In this document: piece after piece, positions 8,265 through 17,528 of the stretch
Layout: the number at the start of each line of letters is the position of its first letter
How positions within the stretch are numbered: the first letter of the stretch is position 1
Origin: Pseudomonadota bacterium
Lineage (GTDB): Bacteria > Myxococcota_A > Polyangia > Polyangiales > Polyangiaceae
Reading direction: 5' to 3'
Assembly: GCA_039796375.1 (NCBI GenBank)
Contig: JBDKJZ010000001.1
Coordinates: forward strand, 1-41,806
DNA: 41,806 bases
Program-made: the position numbers and the translations under genes
Notes under the pieces: generated by a model
The model's database searches: none
The model's input: the letters and a program-made list of their open reading frames with translations, nothing else
What the model was told of the DNA's origin: nothing

Positions 8265-9878
8265 ATGGCCGCCCCGCACTCCCTTCCACCCAACGCCGGC
8301 CCGTCACCGGAAGCCGACGCGTACTCCGAGCTGCTCAGCAGGACTCGAGACCTACACGCCGAGCAGCGGGCGGCGCGGGATCGCTGGTACGCGGCCTTGG
8401 CTGTCCCGGACAAAGAAGAACTGCTCTTTGAATTCGAAGTCCTGCTCAAGGCAACAGCGTGCTTTGCAAACCCAAGAAACCACCCGGGGCCACCCCGCAA
8501 GACCGCCATCGTTGCGTACGACTTTCGATCGAGCTTGGCGGTCCTTCGCGACGGGCTCCAAAGGGCGGTCGAACTTTGCCGCCAACTGCTCGGCAGCCGT
8601 GAGCGCACGCTTATCTTTCACCGCTACCTCGAAACCGTCCTGCCCGAAGACAACCTCCGCGCGCGCTTGGCCGGAGAGGGCCTGAGCCAGGCCACTCCGA
8701 CAGACAGTCTAGTAGCGCTGCGCCACGCACTCTCGAACACCGTAGAAGTCGTGCAAGGCTTGTTGCGCGCATCCCAAATCCCTTATCGGCTGTTCTATGC
8801 GGCGCACACGCTGGTGCAGCGAGAGATCGGCCGAAACACCTATTTCAATCCGCTCACCGCCTTGGAGTTTCGCCCAGAGTTCGATCGGCTGCAGTCTCCT
8901 GAGGTACTACGACTGATTCATACCGTCCCCCCAGGAGAAGCACACCGCTTAGTCGCGTTAACTTTTCTCGCCCTGTTTCGGATGATGCGCTACTTGCGGC
9001 TGCTGAGTTCCTACAGCGCCGAAAGCCGTCAGTCTACCCGCACCGCAGGCCGGGCCTACTTCGTGCTGAGCGTGCTGCGCTCTGACGCTCGCGCACTCAG
9101 CGACTACCTGCAGAAGCACTCAGGTCGCCTGCTCGCGGAGAGCTTTCGCCGTGAGATCTGGACGGTCACCGCGACCCAGATCTGCGAAAGCAGCGCTCGG
9201 CTCCGTACCCACTCCCACCGCTTGATCGCGATCAAGAGTGCGCTCGAGTGTGTCGCTTCCAACTTGCGCCTCGAAATGCGGCGCACCTTTCAACACGATT
9301 TCCCGGTGCCAGACACTCACCTACCAGAGCAGGAGTTCCGAGACCTGACGGAGCAGGCCGTGCTCGGCTTGCGGCCTGCATTGCGAAACTCGATCCTCTT
9401 TCTCGGCAAGACGTTGGGAACCAACCTCGAGGCTGAGGGCGTGTTCAATGACCATCTGGCGAAGGTCGAGAACAGTGATCGACTGCGACGAGATGTCTGG
9501 ATGTTCTCGCAGATCGTGCGGGCCTTCTTTTCGAAAGCTCAGCACTCATCGCCAGAAGATCGGTGGGGGCCCGTAAACGAATTCCAATACGTGCGTGAGT
9601 TCTTGGGTTACTTCCGCTCGATGGGGTACCCGCTTCTGCGCGCCGCTGACTATCCGCGCTTTGACCGCTTCATGAGCGCAATGAGTGAACTGACCGACAC
9701 TGAGCTGGTCGATCCGTTAATCCTAGATCGGGCCATCAGCGAATGCATCGCGTTCCACGAATTCCTCGAGACGCTCTTCCAGCAGATCTCCAGGCGTGAA
9801 GAGCTAGCGAATAGCCCGTTCGACCGACGTCGGGCTGCCGGTGCACTTAGACTCTATCTGGGCGACGCAACCGAATAG
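8265..9878 (+). CDS. hypothetical all-helical protein (537 aa)
   Basis: Long ORF with consistent codon bias. ATG at 8265 lies 14 nt after the upstream stop. No motif recognised. Confidence 0.6.
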   Translation: MAAPHSLPPNAGPSPEADAYSELLSRTRDLHAEQRAARDRWYAALAVPDKEELLFEFEVLLKATACFANPRNHPGPPRKTAIVAYDFRSSLAVLRDGLQRAVELCRQLLGSRERTLIFHRYLETVLPEDNLRARLAGEGLSQATPTDSLVALRHALSNTVEVVQGLLRASQIPYRLFYAAHTLVQREIGRNTYFNPLTALEFRPEFDRLQSPEVLRLIHTVPPGEAHRLVALTFLALFRMMRYLRLLSSYSAESRQSTRTAGRAYFVLSVLRSDARALSDYLQKHSGRLLAESFRREIWTVTATQICESSARLRTHSHRLIAIKSALECVASNLRLEMRRTFQHDFPVPDTHLPEQEFRDLTEQAVLGLRPALRNSILFLGKTLGTNLEAEGVFNDHLAKVENSDRLRRDVWMFSQIVRAFFSKAQHSSPEDRWGPVNEFQYVREFLGYFRSMGYPLLRAADYPRFDRFMSAMSELTDTELVDPLILDRAISECIAFHEFLETLFQQISRREELANSPFDRRRAAGALRLYLGDATE

Positions 9879-9926
9879 ATTCAGCTGGCATCGAGGCATC
9901 AGATCTCGGTCGATAAAGAAATCTTC

Positions 9927-9969
9927 GCCCGGGATGCCGCAACCTCCCTCGTGGTGCGACAACCCGGGC
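9927..9969. terminator. possible bidirectional hairpin between convergent genes
   Basis: GCCCGGG (9927-9933) pairs with CCCGGGC (9963-9969) across a 29-nt loop. T-rich runs follow on both strands (cTTTag; gaagaTTTCTTTa on the minus strand). The loop is long, so this is weak. Confidence 0.3.
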
Positions 9970-9988
9970 TTTAGCGAAGAAACGCGGC

Positions 9989-10192
9989 TCAGTCAGCGAC
10001 GGGAGCTACGGCGCGCGCCTTCTTCTTGGAGCGACGTGCCTTCTTCTTGGAAGCCTTCTTCTTAGAAGCCTTCTTCTTAGAAGCCTTCTTCTTGGAAGCC
10101 TTCTTAGAAGCCTTCTTCTTGGAAGCGCCCTTCTTTGCGGTGCGCTTCTTCGCCTTCTTCTTGGTCTTCTTTGCTGTCTTCTTTGCGGCCAT
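9989..10192 (-). CDS. lysine-rich histone H1-like / nucleoid-associated basic protein
   Basis: MAAKKTAKKTKKKAKKRTAKKGASKKKASKKASKKKASKKKASKKKASKKKARRSKKKARAVAPVAD. The start was chosen at 10192 because AGGAGG lies 8 nt upstream; the track start at 10240 has no RBS. Confidence 0.75.
   Translation of the reverse strand: MAAKKTAKKTKKKAKKRTAKKGASKKKASKKASKKKASKKKASKKKASKKKARRSKKKARAVAPVAD
10036..10130. repeat. 15-nt tandem repeat tract (GAAGCCTTCTTCTTR) encoding (KKKAS)n
   Basis: Units at 10050-10064, 10065-10079, 10080-10094, 10095-10106 (12-nt variant) and 10107-10121, with degenerate copies on both flanks. Confidence 0.85.
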
Positions 10193-10529
10193 GTTCATTG
10201 CCTCCTGCGTTCCCAGGCATACACCAGATGGCGTATACACAAGGTATGTTGCACGACGTATATTGCCACCTATTGCGATGTGTCAACGTAAAAAGTGCGA
10301 TGGACCAGTAACAACGGCCAAGTTTCCCACAGCTTTACCCCGCAAATGTTGCATACTAGCCTAGTGTTTAGTACTGGTCAGACGGGTCCCAGTCTGGCAT
10401 CAGATCTGTGAAACACGGCTGCCGGGCGCAGTTAACTAGCTATTAATATTGGGTATTATTCGGAAGTTGACGACAGCAGCACACACCGCTAAGCCGGCGC
10501 TGCGGAATTGCCGACGAAGGGTGCAAACA

Positions 10530-11360
10530 ATGCGGAAGACGAAATCGATTTTCGGCCAAAGGGTCAAACTTGCCTCGCTGCTACTCCTCACCAGCCTCGC
10601 CAGCGCGTGCGGCTACTCGCAGGAGGAGTGGGATCACCAACTGCGCGAGATCGACAATCTGCAGCAACAGCTGCGAGCGCAAAGGCAACAGAACCAGAAG
10701 TGTGACGCTGACTATCAAGCATCGCTCAACGAGATCCAAGACTTGAAGAAGCGCCTGCTCGAGAGCGGCGTGAACCTCGACAGCCTCACACAGAGCCTTG
10801 AGGAACGGACTCGAGCGCTCAAGGAATTCGAGCAACGGGCCAAGCAGCTCGACGCGATTCGCGCACGATTCGAGCTCTTGCGCAGCAAGCTTGAAGCGCT
10901 CACAAAGCTGGGCTTGACCGTGGAGGTTCGCGATAACCGGATGCTCATCGCGTTACCCGGAGACGTTCTTTTCGACTCCGGCAAGGACAAGCTCACCGAC
11001 GAAGGCACAGGGATCCTCTCCCAAATCGCCCAGATCATTAGAACCGACAACGACTTGAACCAACGCGAGTTTCAGGTCGCTGGCCACACCGACAACATCC
11101 CTTTGAGTCGCGGCCCCTACAAGGACAACTGGGGACTCTCAGCGATGCGCGCACGTTCGGTGGTGGACTACCTGGTCAACACCGAAGAGACCGGTGGCAA
11201 GCTGGATCCGAGGCACTGGAGCGCAGCTGGATACGGCTCCACAGATCCTCTGGTGAGCAACGACACTCCTGAAGGGCGCGGCAAGAATCGTCGCGTGGAA
11301 CTGGTGGTCATGCCCAACGTCGAGGAAATGCTCAACTTGAACAGCTTGGCCGCGCAGTAA
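10530..11360 (+). CDS. OmpA/MotB-family lipoprotein with coiled-coil N-terminal region
   Basis: Refined ATG at 10530 gives MRKTKSIFGQRVKLASLLLLTSLASAC (lipobox). C-terminus FDSGKDKL..VAGHTDNIP..NWGLSAMRARSVVDYL..GYGSTDP..GRGKNRRVELVV is the OmpA_C peptidoglycan-binding domain. Confidence 0.85.
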   Translation: MRKTKSIFGQRVKLASLLLLTSLASACGYSQEEWDHQLREIDNLQQQLRAQRQQNQKCDADYQASLNEIQDLKKRLLESGVNLDSLTQSLEERTRALKEFEQRAKQLDAIRARFELLRSKLEALTKLGLTVEVRDNRMLIALPGDVLFDSGKDKLTDEGTGILSQIAQIIRTDNDLNQREFQVAGHTDNIPLSRGPYKDNWGLSAMRARSVVDYLVNTEETGGKLDPRHWSAAGYGSTDPLVSNDTPEGRGKNRRVELVVMPNVEEMLNLNSLAAQ

Positions 11361-11524
11361 GCCCAGCGAATCGTCTTTCACAGCTGTAGGTGAATCGCCC
11401 TTGGGTGGTGCCCGCTGGTCGAGCGGGCATCCGCTTCCAGCGGAGCGCCCAGGTCGACGCGGGAATGCCGCCTCCGAACTCGCGCGCCCGGTGGAGTCTC
11501 TGCTCCGACACGCCAGCCCACGGT

Positions 11525-11594
11525 GCGACAGCATGGCCCGCATCGGTGCACCCATCACGGCGACAGCATGGCCCGCATCGGTGCACCCATCACG
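11525..11594. repeat. perfect 35-bp tandem duplication in a non-coding region
   Basis: GCGACAGCATGGCCCGCATCGGTGCACCCATCACG at 11525-11559 is repeated exactly at 11560-11594. Confidence 0.95.
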
Positions 11595-11767
11595 ACCACG
11601 GCCAGCAGCCCCTGTTTCCCACCTGCGCGGCCTCGTGCTGGGCCTTGCCCCCGCGGCTTGCCAGAGAGGCTGAAAGCAGCCTGTCCTGCCCGCTAACTCC
11701 CGTGCCGAAAGCGCCCACGGGCGCGCCTACGCTTCAGGGGGATCGCGGTCGCAGGGCTTAGCAGGAC

Positions 11768-11796
11768 TTGACAGAACCCTCCCTAACGACTATCGT
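11768..11796 (+). promoter_or_regulatory. candidate sigma-70-type promoter upstream of cdnL
   Basis: TTGACA (11768-11773), a 17-nt spacer, then TATCGT (11791-11796). This would give a ~205-nt leader ending in a 9-bp hairpin (11965-11986) and AAGGAG 5 nt before the ATG. Confidence 0.35.
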
Positions 11797-12010
11797 TGCA
11801 CGCCTGGCGTCTGTTGTGCCCTTCGGGGTTCACCCAGCCAGAACTCGGAGCCGCGGAAAGCTGCGCGAAACAATCGAATAGAGAAGCAGCTGACAAGGGC
11901 CCGGGAATAACAGCGATGACCATCGGTTATATTAAGTTTGTGGTCAGCGCAACCTGGACGTCGAGTCGCTGGTAGAAACCAGCGGCTGACTGTCTAATCA
12001 AGGAGCAAAC

Positions 12011-12517
<507 letters not shown>

Positions 12518-12549
12518 GTCGCTCAATCCCCAGCAGCTCAACCCTGAGA

Positions 12550-12586
12550 GGGCGCGCGTCGAAAGACTGCGCGCCCTTTTCGTTTT
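12550..12586 (+). terminator. Rho-independent terminator of cdnL
   Basis: GGGCGCGC (12550-12557) pairs with GCGCGCCC (12569-12576), followed by TTTTCGTTTT. Confidence 0.7.
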
Positions 12587-12635
12587 GTGCTGTCGACTTT
12601 GCAGAACGACCGCTGGTGCGCTGGACTCTGCAAAA

Positions 12636-13181
12636 CTACTGACGATCCCGTGTCTCGATCGGCGGCAGAGGCGGCAACTCAAGCATGACGCGCCACTTGC
12701 CATCCTCTTGAATGCACTGGACCTCGGCGAGGTCCCGTGTCGGGTCCTCTCCGAGGACAGTGACGCGACTGTAGCGCCCCCTAATCTCGGTGCTGAACCG
12801 CTTAGGCTCGAAGCGCAGCGCGAACCACGAGGGAACAAGCATTTCTCCAGCAGAAATCGGCCGTCCAGAGGCTGCGCTCGCTCGCTCAGCACGCTCAGCC
12901 ATCTTCTGCTGCGCGTCAGCGGAGAACAGCTCTAGTGCCATTCGACTCCGAACGGGTTCACCGTGCACCGCTTGGAGCCGATCGATGAGTTCTTCAACCA
13001 CCCGCTCGGGGCGCTGGTCTATCGACTCCGATTCGCAACCCGACACGAGCGCCCATAGGGCAAGCGCGCACAGCGTCCTGTCGAGACGCAGCCACCGCGA
13101 TATCTGTGGCCACACTTGAACGACCACCCTCGTTCTACTCGCGGAGGGGTGCAGCATGTTTCCCGGACCATATTTCGACAC
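12636..13181 (-). CDS. hypothetical lipoprotein
   Basis: LCALALWALVSGC lipobox and coding-like composition. The start may be Met at 13157. No family recognised. Confidence 0.55.
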   Translation of the reverse strand: MSKYGPGNMLHPSASRTRVVVQVWPQISRWLRLDRTLCALALWALVSGCESESIDQRPERVVEELIDRLQAVHGEPVRSRMALELFSADAQQKMAERAERASAASGRPISAGEMLVPSWFALRFEPKRFSTEIRGRYSRVTVLGEDPTRDLAEVQCIQEDGKWRVMLELPPLPPIETRDRQ

Positions 13182-13200
13182 GCGCTAGCGATCAAGGTCG

Positions 13201-14244
13201 GTGGCAGCGAACTTGGCCCAAGGGGAGTTTCCCCGATACTGCCGCGCGATGCGTGGTCATTCGGTCCGCTTGAGCTGGCTCAAGGCGCCTCCTGTCTCGG
13301 CGCCGGCGGTGCAGCTGGAAGCGTGCGCCGACCCAGGCCGACTCCAACTCATCCATGGGGACAATCTGTCCGCCCTTGGATGCCTGGCGAACGAGTTCAC
13401 GGGCGGCATCACCTTGGCGTACCTGGACCCGCCGTTCCTCACTGGAAGACAACACAGCCGCGTGACCCGAGCGAAGGACGCGCGAGGCAAGGTCCTGCGC
13501 GCTGAGCGCTTCGCTTTCGACGATCGCTGGAGTGGAATGGGCGAATACCTCGATGCCTTGGGCGCGAGGCTTCAAGCCGTTCGGACGCTCTTGGCGCCGC
13601 ATGGCAGCGTGGTTGTTCACGTCGACCCCAAGACGAGTCACTACGTGAAGATCCTTTGCGACGAGGTGTTTGGACCGGACGCGTTCGCGAGCGAAGTCAT
13701 TTGGCGCTATCGTCGATGGCCATCCAAGACTCCCAATTTTCAGCGCGTGCATGATGTGCTGCTCCGCTACGTCAAGGACCCCGAGGTCAAGCCGCGCTTC
13801 AATCAGCTCTACGAGCCGCTGGCGAGCTCCACCGTCGCCACCTGGGGAACTCGCCAGCAACGTGCAGTCACCGACGCTGCGGGGCGCCGGGTACGCTCGA
13901 CTCGCACGGATCAGGAGACCCCTGGTGTCCCCCTCGGCGACGTCTGGGAAATAGGCATTATCGCGCCCGTGGCTAAGGAACGGACCGGTTACCCCACCCA
14001 GAAGCCCGAGGCTCTCATTCGCCGCCTACTGCTAGCGCTGACGGACCCTGACGACTGGGTCCTCGATCCGTACGCCGGAAGCGGAACAACCCTGGCGATC
14101 GGCGGACAGCTCGGCCGTCGGGTGATCGCGATCGACCAAAGCGTCGAAGCGCTCGAGGTCGCGCAGGCCCGTTGCGCCGCTCTCTCGTTACCCCTCGTGC
14201 AACGCCGTATCGTGGCTCACGGCAGAGTCGCCAAGGCCTCGTAA
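13201..14244 (+). CDS. site-specific DNA methyltransferase, N4/N6 beta-class (PF01555-like), no adjacent endonuclease
   Basis: LIHGDNLSAL, catalytic LAYLDPPF, then C-terminal YPTQKPEALIRRLL and VLDPYAGSGTTLA (the SAM-binding FxGxG equivalent). The motif order is that of beta-class amino-methyltransferases. The start is either GTG 13201 or ATG 13249. Confidence 0.85.
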   Translation: MAANLAQGEFPRYCRAMRGHSVRLSWLKAPPVSAPAVQLEACADPGRLQLIHGDNLSALGCLANEFTGGITLAYLDPPFLTGRQHSRVTRAKDARGKVLRAERFAFDDRWSGMGEYLDALGARLQAVRTLLAPHGSVVVHVDPKTSHYVKILCDEVFGPDAFASEVIWRYRRWPSKTPNFQRVHDVLLRYVKDPEVKPRFNQLYEPLASSTVATWGTRQQRAVTDAAGRRVRSTRTDQETPGVPLGDVWEIGIIAPVAKERTGYPTQKPEALIRRLLLALTDPDDWVLDPYAGSGTTLAIGGQLGRRVIAIDQSVEALEVAQARCAALSLPLVQRRIVAHGRVAKAS

Positions 14245-14328
14245 GGACTACCACCGCTGCTCTTGCCTTCTAGACCACGGCATCCTAAACGGGTGCCAGT
14301 GCAGCGCTTGTCGAGCCTAAACCTGTCG

Positions 14329-15273
14329 ATGGCGTTACGCGCGCTGTGCGCTGCGTCCCTCGCCGCGACCGTCGTTCAGGCTGACGACGCAGTACTGGTC
14401 AAGATCGGAGCGCGAAACATCACTGTTTCACAAGCACGAGTTGATCTGAACCGACTAGGCCTCATGCCAGCTCTGGGCGCCCTGACCGGCGACCCGCTAC
14501 GCCAGCACATAGACGAAAAGTACGTCCCGCGCTTGCTCCTCGATACACATGCAGCGGACCGCGCCAAGCACGACCCGGCTTTCCGACTACAAGTGGCTCC
14601 CCATGTGGATGCGGCGCTAGCCCAGGCCTTGGAGCAGTCGTTAACGCCTCTAGTTGACGATGCCGAAGTCGCTCGGTTCTACGACGCAAATGTCGCTACC
14701 TACCGCCGGCCGCTAGCGATCCGGATCTCGAGAATCCTCACAGCCACCCGCGCCAAGGCGGAGTCGATTCTCAAAGAAGTGCGAGATAACCCCCAGGCTG
14801 CAGCTCGCTTTGCGGCTTTGGCTCGGGAACACTCCGCCGACTCCGCGACGCACATGCGCGCTGGAGATCTCGGGTTCGTCCAGAAGGACGGCCACACGGA
14901 CGTCCCCCAGCTGCGGGTCAATCCTGTGCTATTTCAGGCGGTCGAATCTCTGCGCGACGGAGACCTAGTGGAAGAGCCGCTAGTCGAAGGGAAGTACTTT
15001 GCTGCCGTCTGGAGACGGGGCACGCGTGCCGAACGCATCCGCACCCTGGAACAGGAAGCGGAAAACATCCGCGGGTTGCTCCTGCGCGACAAGCGGCATC
15101 TGGCGCTGAACGAGCTGTTGGGCCAGCTACGGAGCCAACACCTGACCGAGTACGCACCGACAACCCTGGAAGTAGCGCACTTCCCACCCTTTGAAGGACT
15201 CCCGCTGACCCGCCCTGGTGCCACCGCACACGCGGCCCAAGGCACACCCACTCCGGGCAGCGACGGTCGTTAG
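14329..15273 (+). CDS. secreted parvulin-type peptidyl-prolyl isomerase (SurA/PpiC-like)
   Basis: Signal peptide MALRALCAASLAATVVQA/DD. Parvulin core ISRILTATRAKAESILKEV..FAALAREHSADSATHMRAGDLGFVQKDG. The track start TTG 14263 is an alternative. Confidence 0.8.
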   Translation: MALRALCAASLAATVVQADDAVLVKIGARNITVSQARVDLNRLGLMPALGALTGDPLRQHIDEKYVPRLLLDTHAADRAKHDPAFRLQVAPHVDAALAQALEQSLTPLVDDAEVARFYDANVATYRRPLAIRISRILTATRAKAESILKEVRDNPQAAARFAALAREHSADSATHMRAGDLGFVQKDGHTDVPQLRVNPVLFQAVESLRDGDLVEEPLVEGKYFAAVWRRGTRAERIRTLEQEAENIRGLLLRDKRHLALNELLGQLRSQHLTEYAPTTLEVAHFPPFEGLPLTRPGATAHAAQGTPTPGSDGR

Positions 15274-15313
15274 CGCGCAGGACCCGTGGCAGCCCCTACG
15301 CCGACGCGATCAC

Positions 15314-15775
15314 CTACTTGATTGCGGCCACTGGCCATCCCAGCTGCTTCATCACGGAGCGGAACAGCTGGTCCTCATCTCGTGCGGTCCGCGCGAACTT
15401 GAGATAATCCTTCGCCTGCTTCAGGACAGCCGCATCGGTCGCGCGCTCGCAGCTCTCCAGCATCATGAGCAGGTGGGGATGGGCCAGCATCACCTCGGGT
15501 GGGACAAGCATCTCGCCCGCCGCCTTTGCCCGAGCGGCTGCGACCCGCGTGAGCACCTTCGCCAGCTCGTCGTCGTATAGCTTGCGCCCGAGGTAGTCGA
15601 GTTCACTCCCCGCGGCAGCGAGGAGTATGCTCGCCCTGTCCATGTAGCTTCCAGCGAAGGCAGCTGGGCTGAGCAACAGTGCCCCGCCGACACTTCCCCC
15701 AAAACCCACGAGCCGTCTCAAAGCGGCGCGCCGCGACAACGGACGACCTGAGCTTCGTTCGAACACCCCACGCAT
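15314..15775 (-). CDS. hypothetical exported protein with Tat-like signal
   Basis: MRGVFERSSGRPLSRRAALRRLVGFGGSVGGALLLSPAAFA has a twin-arginine motif plus an h-region. Lies downstream of rnc on the same strand. Confidence 0.55.
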   Translation of the reverse strand: MRGVFERSSGRPLSRRAALRRLVGFGGSVGGALLLSPAAFAGSYMDRASILLAAAGSELDYLGRKLYDDELAKVLTRVAAARAKAAGEMLVPPEVMLAHPHLLMMLESCERATDAAVLKQAKDYLKFARTARDEDQLFRSVMKQLGWPVAAIK

Positions 15776-15806
15776 CAAGACGGAAACCCCGTCTACGGCC
15801 CGCCCT

Positions 15807-16523
15807 TCATGGCATCCCATCATTCGCCTCGCTTTCCTCTGAAGAAGCTAGCCCCGTCAGTCCACGCTTCAGTGCAAGGTCAGCGGCATCGCGCTCAGCG
15901 GCTCGCTTTGAGCGTCCGGTGGCCGAAGACAACACGACCGCGCCGACGCTCACCTGAACCTCGAACCATCTCTCATGGGCCGGCCCACCGCTATCGACCA
16001 GCGAGTAACACGGCGCGGCGAAGCCGAGCGCCTGGACTGACTCCTGCAGCTGAGTCTTTGGATCCCGTTCCTCACCGCCCTCGGCACGCTCAAGGGCCGC
16101 GCGTATGACATGGCGACAAGCCGCCCGAGCGGCCACCAAGCCCGAGTCGAGATAGGTCGCGGCGAGCAATGCCTCTACGGCGTCAGCCAGGACATTGGTG
16201 CTGTCTCGCAGGCCGTTGGCTTCTGCCCCACGGCCCAACCTGAGCGCGGCGGCGATACCAGAATCGCGCGCAAACGCGGCCAGTGCGTCCGCATTGACCA
16301 ACTGGGCCCGGCGCCGCGTGAGCTCTCCCTCGTCGGCCTCCGGGAAGCGTTCGAACAGTTCCTCGCTCGAGCACAGCTCCAAAACCGCATCTCCGAGGAA
16401 CTCCAATCGCTGATTATGAACGTCGATCCGTCGCTCGTTCGCAAAGCTTGGGTGGGTCAGCGCTTCTCGGAACCGCGTAGACTCCGCGCTGAGGCCAAAC
16501 AGACGTGCCACTTCCGTAGTCAT
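15807..16523 (-). CDS. rnc: ribonuclease III
   Basis: Signature NQRLEFLGDAVLEL, ADAVEALLAATYLD, and a C-terminal dsRBD (DPKTQLQE..GPAHERWFEV..GRSKRAAERDAA). Confidence 0.95.
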   Translation of the reverse strand: MTTEVARLFGLSAESTRFREALTHPSFANERRIDVHNQRLEFLGDAVLELCSSEELFERFPEADEGELTRRRAQLVNADALAAFARDSGIAAALRLGRGAEANGLRDSTNVLADAVEALLAATYLDSGLVAARAACRHVIRAALERAEGGEERDPKTQLQESVQALGFAAPCYSLVDSGGPAHERWFEVQVSVGAVVLSSATGRSKRAAERDAADLALKRGLTGLASSEESEANDGMP

Positions 16524-16744
16524 CGAGATAACAATGGGCTCGCTAGATTGTGCGGCGCGGCTGAAGCCGATGGACAGCCCAGGCGCGCGAACGTCGCTGC
16601 AGCCATACCGCGCGGGCGATGCAAGTTCAACCGGGCGCCCCCAAAAGCTGGACTGATGCGCAGTAGTCGCTTGGAGAGAATCCGGAACGGTAAGGTCGAC
16701 GCGCTCGATTCACGGACTATCCTGCGAACATCGTGGCGACCCTA

Positions 16745-17476
16745 ATGGCGTGTCCGTTCTGCCGGGAGCTCTTCACCGAGGGCGAGCTCAGCGTGTGCCC
16801 GAACTGTGACATCGTGCTACGCCCCCTCGCCGACCTGCCCCCATCCTTCGAGGTACGCGAGCAACAAGCCGCCGAATGGGAACAGACAGCGCCGGCCGAC
16901 CGCACATTCGCATGGTCCTACACCGGACGAGGCAGAGCCCTCCTGCTCGCGCTCTCTGCCGCTGGGCTGGGCTTGTTCTTCTGCCCGTGGGTCGCAATCT
17001 CCATTCCAGAATTGGCCACGCTGAGTGGCTTCCAACTGACCACTTCCCGCGGCTTCTGGTTCGGCGGAGGCGCTGTGGGCTGTCTCATCAGCATCCCCCT
17101 AGTCCTCAGCCGACGCACGATCGTACAAATGCACGGCGTACGCATCGTGCTAACGCTTTTCGCTGCGACAACGCTCTGCCAAGCGCTCTTGCTCGCTCTC
17201 AACCCGCCGCACCGCGGAGTCATCCCTGTCCAATACCACTGGACGTGGGGCTTCTACGCGAGTGCCTTGATCAGCCTCCTCAGCGTCCCAGTAGCGCTCC
17301 GCTTTGGAGGCCGCCTAGACGACGTCCCCGAGACCTTCGGTCGCAAAAGTGACCCGCGCGCTCAGGCAACCGAGGGTTCTAAGCCCGAAGTCGGGTCCGT
17401 GGAGAACACCCCTCCGAGCCCCAAAGCGGAGACGTCTGTCAGGGAAGCAGAGGCCTCTCCCCGGGTACTCCACTGA
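16745..17476 (+). CDS. membrane protein with N-terminal zinc ribbon
   Basis: MACPFCRELF..CPNCD (CxxC...CxxC), followed by about 4 hydrophobic segments. Confidence 0.6.
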   Translation: MACPFCRELFTEGELSVCPNCDIVLRPLADLPPSFEVREQQAAEWEQTAPADRTFAWSYTGRGRALLLALSAAGLGLFFCPWVAISIPELATLSGFQLTTSRGFWFGGGAVGCLISIPLVLSRRTIVQMHGVRIVLTLFAATTLCQALLLALNPPHRGVIPVQYHWTWGFYASALISLLSVPVALRFGGRLDDVPETFGRKSDPRAQATEGSKPEVGSVENTPPSPKAETSVREAEASPRVLH

Positions 17477-17507
17477 GGCTATCGCGTACTGAGGCTATCG
17501 CACACTG
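17472..17507. repeat. 16-nt tandem repeat (2.25 copies) spanning the stop codon
   Basis: ACTGAGGCTATCGCGT / ACTGAGGCTATCGCAC / ACTG. Confidence 0.8.
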
Positions 17508-17528
17508 GGGCGAGCGCAAGAAAGACGC

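Noticed and set aside
9084-9100. Additional CGCGCACTCA copy inside the 8265..9878 coding sequence, as a third member of the inverted-repeat family
   Set aside because: There is no perfect partner arm at 18-nt spacing, and the 8-10-mer is expected to recur by chance in GC-rich coding DNA.
10396-10412. Sigma-54 -24/-12-like sequence TGGCATCAGATCTGTG upstream of the ompA-like gene
   Set aside because: The -12 element is CTGT instead of TTGC, and the -24 element is TGGCAT. Other TGGCAC occurrences (26706, 27527, 32714, 37516) have the wrong spacing or are intragenic.
11525-11594. The 35-bp direct repeats as a possible minimal CRISPR array
   Set aside because: The two copies are directly adjacent with no spacer, there are only two, and there are no cas genes.
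14424-14439. parS half-site TGTTTCACAAGCACGA. Others: 10405-10418 (TGTGAAACA), 33545-33555 and 36283-36296.
   Set aside because: Only one half matches (11/16 or less overall) and the central CACGTG is missing. These were not counted as parS.
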